Origin: Azolla caroliniana
Lineage: Eukaryota; Plantae; Polypodiophyta
Length of the DNA: 64,000 nt
NCBI GenBank assembly: GCA_043228905.1
Contig: JBHGNT010000010.1
Span: 13,392,001-13,456,000 of the forward strand
Reading direction: 5' to 3'
Both the position numbers and the translations under genes were made by a program. The notes beneath the pieces are model-generated. The model saw only the letters and a program-made list of their open reading frames with translations, was not told the origin of the DNA and made no database searches. Positions within the stretch are counted from its first letter, which is position 1. The number at the start of each line of letters is the position of its first letter. Below, one piece after another: positions 11,201-23,365 of the stretch.

Positions 11201-11677
11201 AAACGAGAGGGTAGAGAACGAGAAACAGAGACACAATGTTTAATGTGGAAAACCCAAAAGGGAAAAACCACAGGAGTCCTCGAACTCTGAACTAGATCAC
11301 TAATGATGAGGAGTACAATAAGATACTCAAAGGCAACAACCTCTAGATCTTCTTCGTCTAACAGGTGGCGACGGAGTTACAACTCTCACTCTCACTCTCA
11401 CTCTCACTCTCTATGACTCACAGTTACAGAGGCAACAACTTCTCTAATTATACAACAATAATGATCAACTACGTATATTTTAAAGTTTGCCCTAGTTGTT
11501 TATATACTAAAACAACTTTCTGGCTATTTACAAGTATAGCCCACAAGGGCACATTTCGACTATTTACAAATATTGTCTCCTAAGTTGGCTATATCCTCGA
11601 TTTTGGTTTCGGCCTCGGCCGAATTACTCATAAGCTCAGCTCTTCTCTTCCCATCTGGAGGGACCTATTTCCCAACA
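8258..11677 (-). mobile_element. Degenerate Ty1/Copia (Tnt1/Tork-like) 5' half: LTR 11148-11677, PBS, gag, protease, integrase; cut at 8257 by Gypsy family A
   Basis: PBS TGGTATCAAAA near 11134-11144 (iMet type); gag LLLLGFLPDSWEALVVTL; protease WVVDLGASFH; LWHRRLCHMS; integrase ERKNRT, FLGY..DEFGYRLW. Confidence 0.9.
10160..10869. repeat. Three tandem copies of a 236-bp gag segment
   Basis: Units start at 10160, 10396 and 10632; three near-identical ORFs in the track. Confidence 0.95.
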
Positions 11678-12639
11678 AATATTTTGGGCCAACCATCCCA
11701 TTTTGTATATGGTGGATTCTGTGTAATACAAATTTGTATCGATATCATAATTCTTGGCAACCAATCATCCAGGTGTATTTTGAAATCATGAGATGAAAAT
11801 GAAGTGTGTGATCAATATGGTGTCTAAGTGTATATATGGTGTGAAAGTATATGTTGAAATCATGACTAAGGAAGCTATTCAATGGCTCAAGCAAGGGTTA
11901 GGATCCTTTAATGGGGGTTGTTGTTAAGGATTGTTTGCAACAAATGGCAGATCTTAGGAAAAAGGTGTATGGTTAATTGCGACGAAATGAACCAACAAGG
12001 TAGGCATAGGATCCATAAGTCGGAAGTAACAAATTAGTGTGAAAAGAGGAGTGACTCTTGACATTTCACAAGAACTTATTAGCAACTCCCCAAACACTTC
12101 CATAATCCCACTCCATAAGACTACAACGAGGCGCAAGTCTGGTTAGGAGGTGGCTGCCAATATGTGAGACTGAGAAGGTTCGGTGTTTACATTGCAATGG
12201 CTTGACCTTGACTTCAAGGGACTCGAATGTTGATTGCTGCAAAAATTGTGAATGTATTTTGCTATCCTCCCAACATGAGCCATGATCTATGCTTGTATGG
12301 ATTCAAATTACATTTCTAAGATTTTAATATTTGATTTTGGAGGTTTTTGGTCTCGGAAATTTGAAGTGATATTTGAAAATTTTTGTGGCTGGAAATGTGT
12401 GTAATGTGAAGTTTCTAGTATATTCAAAACACATTGTTGATTTTTTTTGTGGTTAAAATTTTTATGTTGAGATGAAATCTGAGACGGAATAGTGTTTGGA
12501 ATGATCTCTAACTTATTGTTTTACATAGAGAAGAAGAAATGCATGCGTTTTAATTATAATGTCGGAAGTTTTATACATTTAAAACTTAGAGATTTTGACA
12601 TTAGGTTTTGTTTTTAGACTTAGAAGTTTTTGATGTCAG

Positions 12640-12810
12640 GCTTTGAGTCACGCTACTACGATGACTCAGTTGGGCTATTGTTTTGAGTCATGCTAAACTA
12701 CCATGAGTCGGTCGGGCTACTGGTGATAGAGGCTCTTAGAGTCGTCGGGCTATTAGAAACTTAGATGCTCTTTTAGATAAAGATCTGGTGGTGCAAATCG
12801 CACGTGCCCT
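12640..12810 (+). promoter_or_regulatory. Putative proximal promoter of the GlcNAc kinase gene
   Basis: Clustered TGAGTCA/TGAGTC and GGGCTA motifs and CACGTG (12801-12806), 550-700 bp upstream of the ATG; function not shown. Confidence 0.3.
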
Positions 12811-12924
12811 ACACCGTCCGTGGTCGCGATTCCCTCACCAAGAAGGAAGGCCTCATTATCATTTGGTGTCAAGTGCTGAGGGCAGGGGGCATTTATGTAT
12901 GTATGATGTTTTGGTTCGTTCCTC

Positions 12925-12939
12925 ACATACATACATACA

Positions 12940-12971
<32 letters not shown>

Positions 12972-13027
12972 CATACATACATACATATACATATATACAT
13001 ACATACATACATACATACATACATACA

Positions 13028-13059
<32 letters not shown>

Positions 13060-13101
13060 CATACATACATACATACATACATACATACATACATACATAC
13101 A

Positions 13102-13133
<32 letters not shown>

Positions 13134-13143
13134 CATACATACA
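12925..13143. repeat. (TACA)n microsatellite, ~220 bp
   Basis: Directly visible, with occasional TA interruptions. Confidence 0.97.
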
Positions 13144-13347
13144 TGGGGAAGAAAGAAAGAACTCAGGAACTCAGGAAGGAAGAAGAATCCTGGCTGCAGA
13201 CCTTGTAGATGAGAGAAGAATGTGTGTTCATGTGTTGGCCTAGGGTGCCTTCCTCCTTTCTCGATCCTTCTTCCAGGGCCCCTCTATTATCCACGATATA
13301 TCTGTGTTTTCTGGCATCAGAGAAAGTCAGAGCAGCAGACTGACAGG

Positions 13348-16300
13348 ATGGATATCTGCCGTGCGGAGCTATGGGATTACGAACAGGAGATAGGCACCTT
13401 CACCTCAGATAGCTGTGATGATGGTGATGGTGATGGTGATGGTGATGGTGACGTTTCCAGAGTGAGTGATGATGATGGAGTGATCCTGGGCGTTGATGGA
13501 GGGGCAACTTCTACCATCTGTGTCTGCATAGCTGTGCCAAGCCATGGCCATGGTACCTTCCACGAACCTCCTTCCATCCTCTCGCGTGCAGAAACGAGTG
13601 GATCCAACCATAATAGCGTCGGAGGTTTGCCATTCATTGCCTGGAAACAAAAAATATGATGCTTAGTTTGTAAGTTGAAAATATGTTTGAATTCGTTTCG
13701 GGGAAAGTAGACATTGGATTGGCGGGAAAACAATGTAAAAACAAAACGCTGGATTGTATTTTCACCTCCAAAAATACATCTTGATTGCTACTAATGCCAT
13801 CTGCCTTAATGTGTAATAGATGTGCATCTACCATTATACCTTATCTCTGCGTCACATCCTAAACTCATTTTGAATGCAAGAATAATGTTCCCAAAAGTCC
13901 CATATTATGTTCAACCTTGGTTAAAACTCGAATAATGGAGCACCCTCAAACAAAACCATTTATGTTTTTTCTTATTAGTTTGCAATAGTTATCCATTTGC
14001 ATACGCAGTATTTCACGAACCATAAAATTTTACTCCTCTAAATCAGATGCTGCTGCCAGATTGGCTGTCGAGAAGGTGCTTGCTGAGGCTTTGATGAAAG
14101 CACACCGGCATCGTTCTGTCGTGAGGGCTGTCTGCCTAGGAATGTCTGGGGTGGATTGCCCAGCTGATCAACAACTTATATTGCAATGGCTTCGGTTAGT
14201 TCTCTTTAAAACCAATGTGCATTGTAATTTCTTCTGGAATTATGTTACAGTATATCTGCTGGACAAGCTTATATTTTTTTTGCTAATTATAATAATTTCT
14301 TAGCTTGATAATTGTAGATTGTTTTGATAACTCATCTCCGGAAGTTCCAGACTTCTTTGGGATGTAACAGGAAACTTTAAATAGCTGGATAGGAATATCT
14401 ATGTAGATCTCGGGAAGCCAAAACAATGATATTATTGAAACGAGGGCTTCACTATGGTAAACACTTGGGTTTTGGTTGAAAATAGGACAACCAAACAACA
14501 TGCAAGTTGCGATGGGCACAAGATATACTCATTCAGGCAACCTCAACATGTTTGACTTGCAATAATATAGGTCTAGTTCGTAATATTTATGTTTGGTTGT
14601 GTTCGAAGATTCAAGTTTGAATTCACACCTGGGGTTATAATTGGTGTTTGATTGACTCTTGAAGGGGACATTTTAACCCACATAAGAAGAAACGCTTCAT
14701 TTTATATATGAAGAAAGACCCGTCGACTTACATAATTTTCCTTCCCATTGTATTCTGAGATGATCCAAGCATCTAACTCCAGTTGGAATGTTCAGGGAAA
14801 TTTTTGCAGAAGGTGTAATGCTTGTAGTGCACAATGATTCTGTGACAGCATTGGCTAGTGGCACCCTTGGGAGGCTATATGGTGGCTGTGTGCTTATTGC
14901 TGGTACAGGTTCGATTGCCTTTGGTGTGTCCGAGGCTGGACAAGAAGCTCGAGCAGCAGGGGTTGGGGCACTCCTTGGAGATCAAGGCAGGTGATTGGAT
15001 TTGGCAACCAGACTTTATTTTTTCCAAATTCAATGATTTCCTGGACCGTAAATCTCGTTTGTCCATATTACCTGTTGGTTTCAACAAGTTCATTAATAAT
15101 TGGATGTCCTTATTGCTGGTGGCATTACAGTGGTTATTTCATAGGACAACAAGCTTTGATTTCTGTGATGCATGCTCATGATGGTCGAGGCCCCCCAACA
15201 AATCTTGTAAATGCAATACTCAATAGACTTGGACTGACCTCCCCAGAAGACATAGTTAGGTATGGTTTCAAATGCTTTATTTCTATAATTTTTTCTTGCT
15301 ATTATGAAAATAACTTACTGTTCACGTTTATGAAAGCAGCCTTATTTATTTATTATCTCATTTATGAAGCTAAATGACATTGTAACTCACATAGATTTTA
15401 TTCATGTGTTTACTCTATGTAATGCTCTTAACTAAATAAAGTGTCCTAAGAGTTCCGTTGCCTCCTTGCATGCCTCAGTGGCAGTCACACATGCTTTCTT
15501 TGTAGTAGACAATGCAACACAGTCTTGTAGCCTTGATCCAAGCGACTGCTCCTCTTGTGAAGGTAAACACATACCCAGAAGTGAACTTTCTGCTGTCTGC
15601 ATGACCAGCATAGTTGGCATCCGGAAAACCAATGACAGAGGCCTTCTGCTTTCCAAAGCAGGTGCACAAAGTCTTTGTGCCTTTGAGGTATCTCATAATA
15701 CCTTCCACTGCTTTCCAATGCTTTTCTCCAGGGTTCATGTACCTGCTAACCACTCCTACAGCAAAAGCAATGTCAGAACATGCAGCAACCCTAGCATACA
15801 TCAAACTGCCAACAGACGAAGCATATGGAATCTTGGCCATTTCAACCTTTTTCTCATCAGATGTAAGGCAGTCTTCTGCACTGAGTTTTGCACATGGAGA
15901 CAAGAGTTTCGCATATGGAGACAATGGAACATTAATTCCTTCAGGCTGCTGCATATACATGTCTTCATGCAGATCAGCGTGTAAAAAGGCAGTTTTTATA
16001 TCCACCTCTATGAGCTCCGTATCTTCGGCTGCAGACAAGCCTAAACCTGGTTCTCAGTGTAGCCATTTTGACTACAAAAGAGAAAATCTCATCAAAAGCA
16101 ACTCCATATTCCTGTTTGTATCCCTTCAGAATCAATCTTGCTTCATGATGTTCATGAGATGACTGCTATTATTGCTGCCACCCGTAATTTTTAGCCAAAG
16201 GAAAATGTCAACAAAATAGCAAATGCAGACCCAAACCCTGCGAACTTTTGTTAGTGCATAGACTTGCTTGCAAAGAACCCATGCTGGCAAAACATGATGA

Positions 16301-18285
16301 AATGCAGCACATTGCCCATTTCTTGCCTGCACTGACCTGTGCTAACTGTTGCCTGCTCTGAAAATGTGACCTGTCATGTTGATGTATCGCTTGCGCTGAA
16401 AATGTGACCTGTTGTGCTGACTGTCACCTTTGCTGAAGACGTGACTTGTCATGCTGACTATCACCTGCTTTGAAAATGTGACATATCACACTGATTGTAA
16501 CCTGCTCTAATGCGATTTTAATAGGGCCTGAGAGCAGATCAAGTCACCGCTAGACCACACACTGACAGACAACTGTAGAGGCAGAAGCAGAGGCAGAGAC
16601 GTAGAGATCCAATCTTTCTTCTTTGGGTCCCTTTAGGTTTATATATATATCTATATATATATCGTGTGTTAAGGGTGGTGTGTACACACTTTACTGTCAA
16701 CTAATAAAAGGCACGATGGTCCTTTATTCCCAAGAAATAATAATAATAATAATTTCTTTCACTCGTAGTTTTATTATCGTTTTGAAATGCAAATATGCCA
16801 TTCCATTTCAATCTAGGGACAGTACCTTATTGAAACCATGCAATAGGTACTTACACAAGTATCTGGGAAAGCATAATACATGGACAAACACTACATGTAC
16901 CAAATGTTACACATATTTTAGTTAGTGAAAATATATCTATGTATTTGTCGTTACCAATTTAGTGTTTGTCGTAATGTTTCCTTATATTCTAAACAGAATC
17001 CAAAACTTCTTGGTACTATTGAGAGACCATTATATGTATATAAGCGATGTGCATTATTGTGTAATGTATAGAATCTCTGGGCTACTTTACTTTAATGTTA
17101 AAATGATTCAGGGGACAATAGGGGTATATCTTTTTAATCTTGAAGAATACTGTCCATCGTTCACATTCAGCTAATATAGCATAATGACAAATGTAAACAT
17201 GAATATTAGTCAAACCTTCATGCATGCACATTTTTGGATGACAAAGTAGTGGGTCTGTAAATTGAACTTAACTGTAAATTAAGCCATTATTGGGTCCAAT
17301 TATGGTAGGTGGGTTTATAAAGATACTTCTTGGGCCCGGATTGCTTCTGTAGTCCCTACTGTGAAGGCATGTGCTGCTGCTGGTGATGTAGAAGCTCAAA
17401 AGGTGCTGAAGCTTGCTGTAGAGGGGCTTGCTACAAGTGTAAAGGCTGTTGTCAAGAGGCTCAACCTTGCAGGGGAAGGTAAGATGACTTCAATAACTCT
17501 TTCATTTGATCTAAAAACATAATGCATTATTTATTATTTTCTTCCCTTTTACATGCTTGTTTTGGTTTTCTCTAGATGATAGAAAAACCTTTCCATTGGT
17601 TATAGTTGGTGGTGTTTTGGAGGTGGATAATGAATGGGACATTTATACAGAGCTTATATGTCGCATCATGCAAGATTTTCCAGGAGTACAACCTATTCAG
17701 CCGAAGGTACTGCCACTTTGTCTAGCATAGATGAATGTGAACTTGAGAGCTGTTGTCTTGGGGATCGTATTGTTAAGAACGTTCTTATCTTGTTGATTGT
17801 TTACATGTGAAAACAGTATAAATAACCCTTCAATGTTGCAAAAATGAAGTAGGAACCATGTCTTTTGAAAGTTGAATAACCTTGGACCAATGATTATTAA
17901 AATAAGGATCCATTAATGTTTCAATTTTGCCTCTACTATCAGGTGAACATTTGAAATTAGAATTCATATATTTATCGATCGAAACATATTGATGTAATTA
18001 AAATATTTGCTAAATCAAATCAAATTTTTTGATGGAAAATGGTTGAGGATTCAGATATTGGTGACAATAAAATAAATAAATGGAAGAGATTGTGGTGAGG
18101 TAAAAACAAGAACCAGCAAGAACAATGTCTGAGCTTTACTTTAGAGTTAATCTGTCCTTTTAATTGGTTTATTTGTAAACATAATCTACATAAATGATGT
18201 ACAGGTGGAACCTGCATTGGGAGCAGCAATGCTTGCATGGACTAATTATTGCAGTAAGATAAAAGACTCTGCTGGATTGCAATGA
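13348..18285 (+). CDS. GNK: N-acetyl-D-glucosamine kinase (BadF/BadG/BcrA/BcrD ATPase family), 7 exons, 376 aa
   Basis: Exons 13348-13624, 14047-14194, 14796-14990, 15131-15259, 17309-17478, 17576-17706, 18205-18285; all introns GT-AG; 1131 nt in frame. Motifs VILGVDGGATST, CLGMSGV, HNDSVTALASGT, LIAGTGSIA, LGDQGSGY, HDGRGP, SWARIA, VGGVL, KVEPALGAA match plant GNK. Confidence 0.93.
15430..16140 (-). pseudogene. Internally deleted Copia RT/RNase H remnant in GNK intron 4
   Basis: DIKTAFLH, PYASSVGSLMYA, HWKAVEGIMRYLKGT, DANYAG..DSRKFTSGYVF; ends approximate. Confidence 0.85.
16320..16510. repeat. Degenerate ~37-bp tandem repeat in GNK intron 4
   Basis: About five copies of GTGACCTGTCATGCTGACTGTCACCTGCTCTGAAAAT-like units. 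Confidence 0.7.
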
Positions 18286-18729
18286 AATCAATCCCTGATT
18301 ACATCCATCAAAGTCTTGTTTGACTGGGTTTTGTGTTCATGTCAATATCTTCTTCACACTCATCAGACATACAAAGTTACTGGCTAATAAGGAACCGACC
18401 ATCCATCTGATTGATCTTCACTACCATTTTATACATTGTAATCTAGAAAGCAAGGTGCTCCATTCAATTTATTATTTTTACTAACATATTTAATCATGAA
18501 CAAATAATTATGATGCTTTGAAGGCCTTAAACTCTACTATGTTCCACTAGAAGAAAAGAGCATGTGAATGGGTTGTGTATGCAAAAATAACATGGGATCA
18601 CGTGATTGTAGTATATACCAAGTGATACATGTTCTTAAACATAAATACCTTCATGTAAGATACACATTTCCAAGATTAAGATCTTGGGTATAGCATAAAG
18701 ATTAAGTAAGATCTTGGTTATTCCGCTAA

Positions 18730-20723
18730 TTGGTTTGCGCAAAATGGTCTCCGTGGGTTGGAAACATTCGAACAATTGACCAACAAAATTTTGCAGTTAT
18801 TTCATTGTTAGATACCTCAAAAGGATTTGATAGCCCAATTTTATGCGTTGTATTAGGAGCAACAGGAAACTGTGTCTTAATTCGTGATCCGTTTTTAGAA
18901 TTTACAACATCAAATTTCTAGGCCTATTTCAAACAATGAATTGAAGGATGTATTCCTTGAAGCAATTCGTGAACCATTACGAACAACACTGAAGGTGTTC
19001 GATTTCCGGAATCAGAATATTGAGCAAGTGATTGATAAGGCAATCGCTATGGGCCAACAGTTGATAAATGTACGGAGTATGGATATGTCAGCACTAAATC
19101 GTACACTGCCAACGATGGAGGAGTTGCAATTTTGACAAGCAATTTAGTGTACTACTTGTTTAAATACTGGTTATTTGGCGATTGAATGTAGTCTACGAAC
19201 GCACTGCACAATATGTCATTCTAAACTTCATTCGGTCGAGCAATGTGAGTATAACTTGCCCAATAAAACGATGGCTCCGGTAAAACAATTTTTTTCGGAA
19301 AATGGGTACCACAATAACTAGAATTCATTCAATAACGGGTACCAACAGAATAGTTTTCCACAAAAACAACATAATTTTCAACAAAATCAAGCCTTTCAGC
19401 AAAATAATTTTCTACAGAATCCAGCTTTTCAACAAAATAATCAGGCCTTTCAACAAAATAATTTTCAGCACAATCAAGATTTTCAACAAAATCAAGAATT
19501 CTCGGTAGTACCGAATATGAATTAGCAACAACAAAATGAAGGACGATTTAAGCAGAACCGGTATAAAAATAAAAAATTCTACAAGCTGGAAGGCTCACGA
19601 CAGTTTCAGCAATCGCCGAATTCCAATGGGAATGACGGTCAACAATTTGTGCAAAATGATGGGACTGGTAAGTTTGTGCAAGGCGAGGGAAGTGGAGCAT
19701 TTGTTCCTACTTGCTATATTTGCTGTCAAACTGGTCATTATGTTAATCAGTGTCTTGCTAAAGGAAAAGGATCGAGGGTTAATATGGTTATACCGGAAAT
19801 ACAACAAGTAACCACTAGAAGCAAAAGTAAACAATCTGAGTGGGAGATTCAGGAAGCAGTCCGTAAAGCAGCCAAGGAATGGGTGGAGGAAGCAAACCAA
19901 AATAATGTAAACCGGATGCTCCAAGACAATGAAATTAACCAAGCTACCGAATTACCAAGAGCTACGACTGTACTAGAACAAGAGGAAACTTGGAAAATCT
20001 TGGTAGATTGCCAAGTATCACTACCACTGACAGGATTACTTAAGTTGGTTCCTAGATTTACCGAAAAGGTGGCGACATTGATTGCCCAAAAAGGGCCAGA
20101 ACAAGTATCGGTACACTATAGTCAGCCGAGCACCAACCCTTCAATCATGGATGAGCAGAATCCATCGATTAAAGTGATAATTCATGGTCAGGAAATTGAA
20201 AATGCGATTGTCGATGGTGGCTCAAGAGTAAATGTCATTAATAAAACCACATGTGATAGGTTGGATATTACTAAATGGGAAGCTTGCCCATTTTGGCTAA
20301 GAATGGCAGATACCAGTATGGTACGACCAATTGGCTTACTCCGACAATTGGAGGTGGTGTCGAGCGGTCATAGTTTTCTAATATCGGCAGTAATACTTCA
20401 TTTGGAAGCTCCTGGTGCATATCCCTTGCTATTGGGCCAGCCATGGTTAAAGACCGCTAACATCAAGCAGAATTGGAATCAGAATCAATTGACATTTAGA
20501 AAAGGCAAAACGAAAATCCAAGTGTCTACACAGAACAAGGTTGCGATAAGCAAACAATGTTTGCCAGTGCATGCTGAGTCCGTCAATATGATGGAAGGAT
20601 TAGACGAGGTCGAAGAAAATCAGTATTTTGATGATAATCCGAAAATCATTCCTTTGTTCGAAGTGGATATTTTACAAGCCTTGACACCATATGTGGATTC
20701 CCAGGAGGAATCGTCAATAGAAG
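18730..20723 (+). mobile_element. Non-chromovirus Gypsy, family C, 5' part: degenerate gag and protease (3' part inverted at 37387-41180)
   Basis: Zinc knuckles (CYICCQTGHYVNQC), protease AIVDGGSRVNVI and LLLGQPWL; abrupt switch to GC-rich sequence at ~20723; left end approximate. Confidence 0.85.
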
Positions 20724-21657
20724 GGATCCTCCACACCGGTTCTGGAGGCCTTGGCAGTCCGAACCAACGTGGCAACGTAAGACCAAGGAGAAGGCAGGTG
20801 GCGGTGAGGGGATGAAGGCGATGGGTGACCGCACGGGGCGACCATCAGGATCACGCGGACAATTGACTGAGGCAAGCGGGCCACAACGGGTGTTCCTCAA
20901 GCGTAGAACACCAGGCGTACGACGGAGAGCGGAGCGTGCATACGGCCGAGCGAAGGGCCAACAATGAAGCACGCGCACTACGGGATCGTGGAGAATGACC
21001 TCTCGATAGTTCGAACGAGCCTACGGGAGGATGTCATAAAGATTCCGGGCCATGGTGAGAAACTGGGGGATATCAGAAGAATTGGTGAGGTGCACCATGT
21101 GCACTTACCCTTGTAAAAACGTGTGAATAGTAGGAGTCAAGTCGGGACAGAGAATCCCATGTAAGTTGGGATTTATCCCACATTGTAACACATCCCTCTC
21201 CTTGTTCTATAAAAGGAAGGGATGGTCCCTTGTAGAGGGGTTGCCCATTTTGAGTTAGGAAGGGTATACCACGTAGGTCTAGGGTTTGGTAGTTTTCTTA
21301 TTCTTCATCTCATTCTTATTCTTAGGGTTTCTACTTTGGTCTTCACACTATTCCATTTTAGGGTTTCGTCTTGGTTTTCTTCTGCTTCTTCTTTCCCTTC
21401 ATGTTTGTTTAGGGTTTGCTTCTACTCGGTCTCCTATGCAAGACCCCGTTCGGCACGACAAGCCCGTGAGCTCCCCGATCGACGGGATTGGCAGCAGACT
21501 GCTACTATAACCTACCTTGGTCCGGCCCGAAGCCGGGATGTATCGTTTCCTGTAATATATATATATATTCATGTTTGTTGTGCATATCGGTGTATTTGGT
21601 GGAGTCGGGAGCAGAGCCCCCTTGTTTCCTGTGTATAAGAGTCGGTGTAGCGCGCAT

Positions 21658-21709
<52 letters not shown>

Positions 21710-21822
21710 GTTCAGTTGCTTCCAGGACGTGTCCGGAATCGTCTTCTCGGCATCCCTTCCTCTCTCGTCCGAGACCCTCGTGGTCCCGCCCCTTCTACAT
21801 GCACGCGCGTAATAACGCGACA
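20724..21822 (+). mobile_element. 3' end of GC-rich Gypsy family D: internal repeat, PPT and 3' LTR (21032-21822)
   Basis: LTR TGTC...CGACA preceded by purine tract GGGAGGA; reverse complement of 43896-44638; flanked by ACGA (21823-21826), the reverse complement of TCGT at 44639-44642. Confidence 0.9.
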
Positions 21823-23365
21823 ACGAGCCTTCCAAGGAGAGGGGTTGAAGCACTTGTACCCCTTTTTCTCTAGTGAGTACCCCACGAGGATGCACTTCTC
21901 TGATTTTGGGTCAAGCTTCTGCCGCTTCTCATCGGGAATGTGCACGTATACAATGGAGCCGAATATCCTTATATGGGATAGATTTGGCTTCTTCCCATAG
22001 TATTTCTCGTGTGGGGTGACCTCATGCACTCCGGATGTTGTGGATTGGTTCAGGAGGTAGACGGCAGTATTTGCAGCTTCTGCCCAATATAACTTGGGCA
22101 TATGCTTCTCATTTAGCATAGCCAAAGTATCATATGAGAAGATACTTCGAGGATGTGTTGATTCTTGCGTTCGGCTACACCATTCTATTGCAGTGTGTGT
22201 TGGCAAGTGAATTCTCGCCGAATTCCTTCTTGTCGAAGATATGCCGTGAATGCATTGGAGAAGTATTCCTTTCCTCCGTCCGATCGAAGACATCATACAT
22301 GGCAGCCAGTTGTCTTTTCGACTTCGCTTTTGAATTTTTGGAAGTGTGTAAACACTTCGCTCTTCATCCTCGTGGGAAAGATCCATGTGTATCTAGAGAA
22401 GTCGTCGATGAAGGTAACATAGTACCGACATCCTCCGATTGTGGCCGTCTGTGCTGGTCCCCACACATCCGAGTGAACTACGTCCGATGGGCGTTTGCTC
22501 ACGTTCCTCTCCTTCGGGAACGGATGTCGATGTTGCTTGCCTAATTGGCATGCTTCACATACTCCTTCAATCTCTTTCTCTTTGAAGGTTGGGAGCCCAA
22601 TGACGACTCCTTTCGATTGCATTGCCTTGAGTTTGTTGAGATTGATATGGCCGATTCTTTTACGCCATAGCTCTATGTCGGTGTCGGGTTTGAGGCCCTT
22701 TGCAAACATGGCCGATTTTACCTCGTTCACTTCGAGGATAAACATTCAACCTTCCCTTCGACCACGAGCAATTAGTCGGCCTTCGTTCTCAATGCAGCAA
22801 CCACCTTGGTTGAATCGAACTTGCATCCTTTGCTCCACAATTTGGCCGACTGAGACCAAATTCTTCGTTATGGTGGGTACATGTAAGACATTTTTGATGC
22901 AAGTTTGTTCATCGTCTTTCCAGAATGGGACAGTGCTGACATGCCGAATCAGATGAGTGGTGTCGTCTCCGGTCTCGACATAACCGGGTCGGTTCGGTTC
23001 TCGTAAGTCTCGAAACCATTCTTGATGGAACGTCCTATGGTTCAAGGCACCAGATTCGACGAACCATACATCTTCCGGATTGGAGGCATTAGTCGAAGTA
23101 GAGGCCGACATAGAATTTTCTCTCTATCTCACCACGAACATTCCGCCATGGTCTTCATAATCGGAGTTAGTAGCGTAATTTGTGAGTTGTCGGCTTGTGG
23201 AAGCCGACTCATGCTTCTTCTTTCGGCACTCTTCTTCATGGTGGCCAATTTTTCCACAACAACCGCATTCGATCAAGGTTTTTCGGCTCGGACCGGAATG
23301 GAAGCTCCTCCTTCTTCCGAAGGTTCCTCGATGGCTTCCGCCAGTTATTTGTCTTTGACCCTATC
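21823..23365 (-). mobile_element. Ty1/Copia 5' part (gag knuckle, protease, GAG-pre-integrase, integrase) whose continuation lies at 44639 on the + strand
   Basis: WFVESGALNH, LWRKRIGHIN, VHSDVWGP, FIDDFSRYTW, KCILVGYS..KKGYKCFNP; stops at ..KAR and resumes as VSRDVVF after 44642. Confidence 0.88.

Noticed and set aside
11680-12640. Possible decayed coding or transposon sequence upstream of GNK
   Set aside because: No motifs, termini or repeats that I can support.
12753-13243. ORFs reading MYVCMYVC or HTYIHTYI
   Set aside because: Translations of the (TACA)n microsatellite.
13625-13659. ORF 13222-13659 taken as a complete short protein
   Set aside because: Similarity to GNK ends at the GT donor at 13625; the tail is intron read-through.
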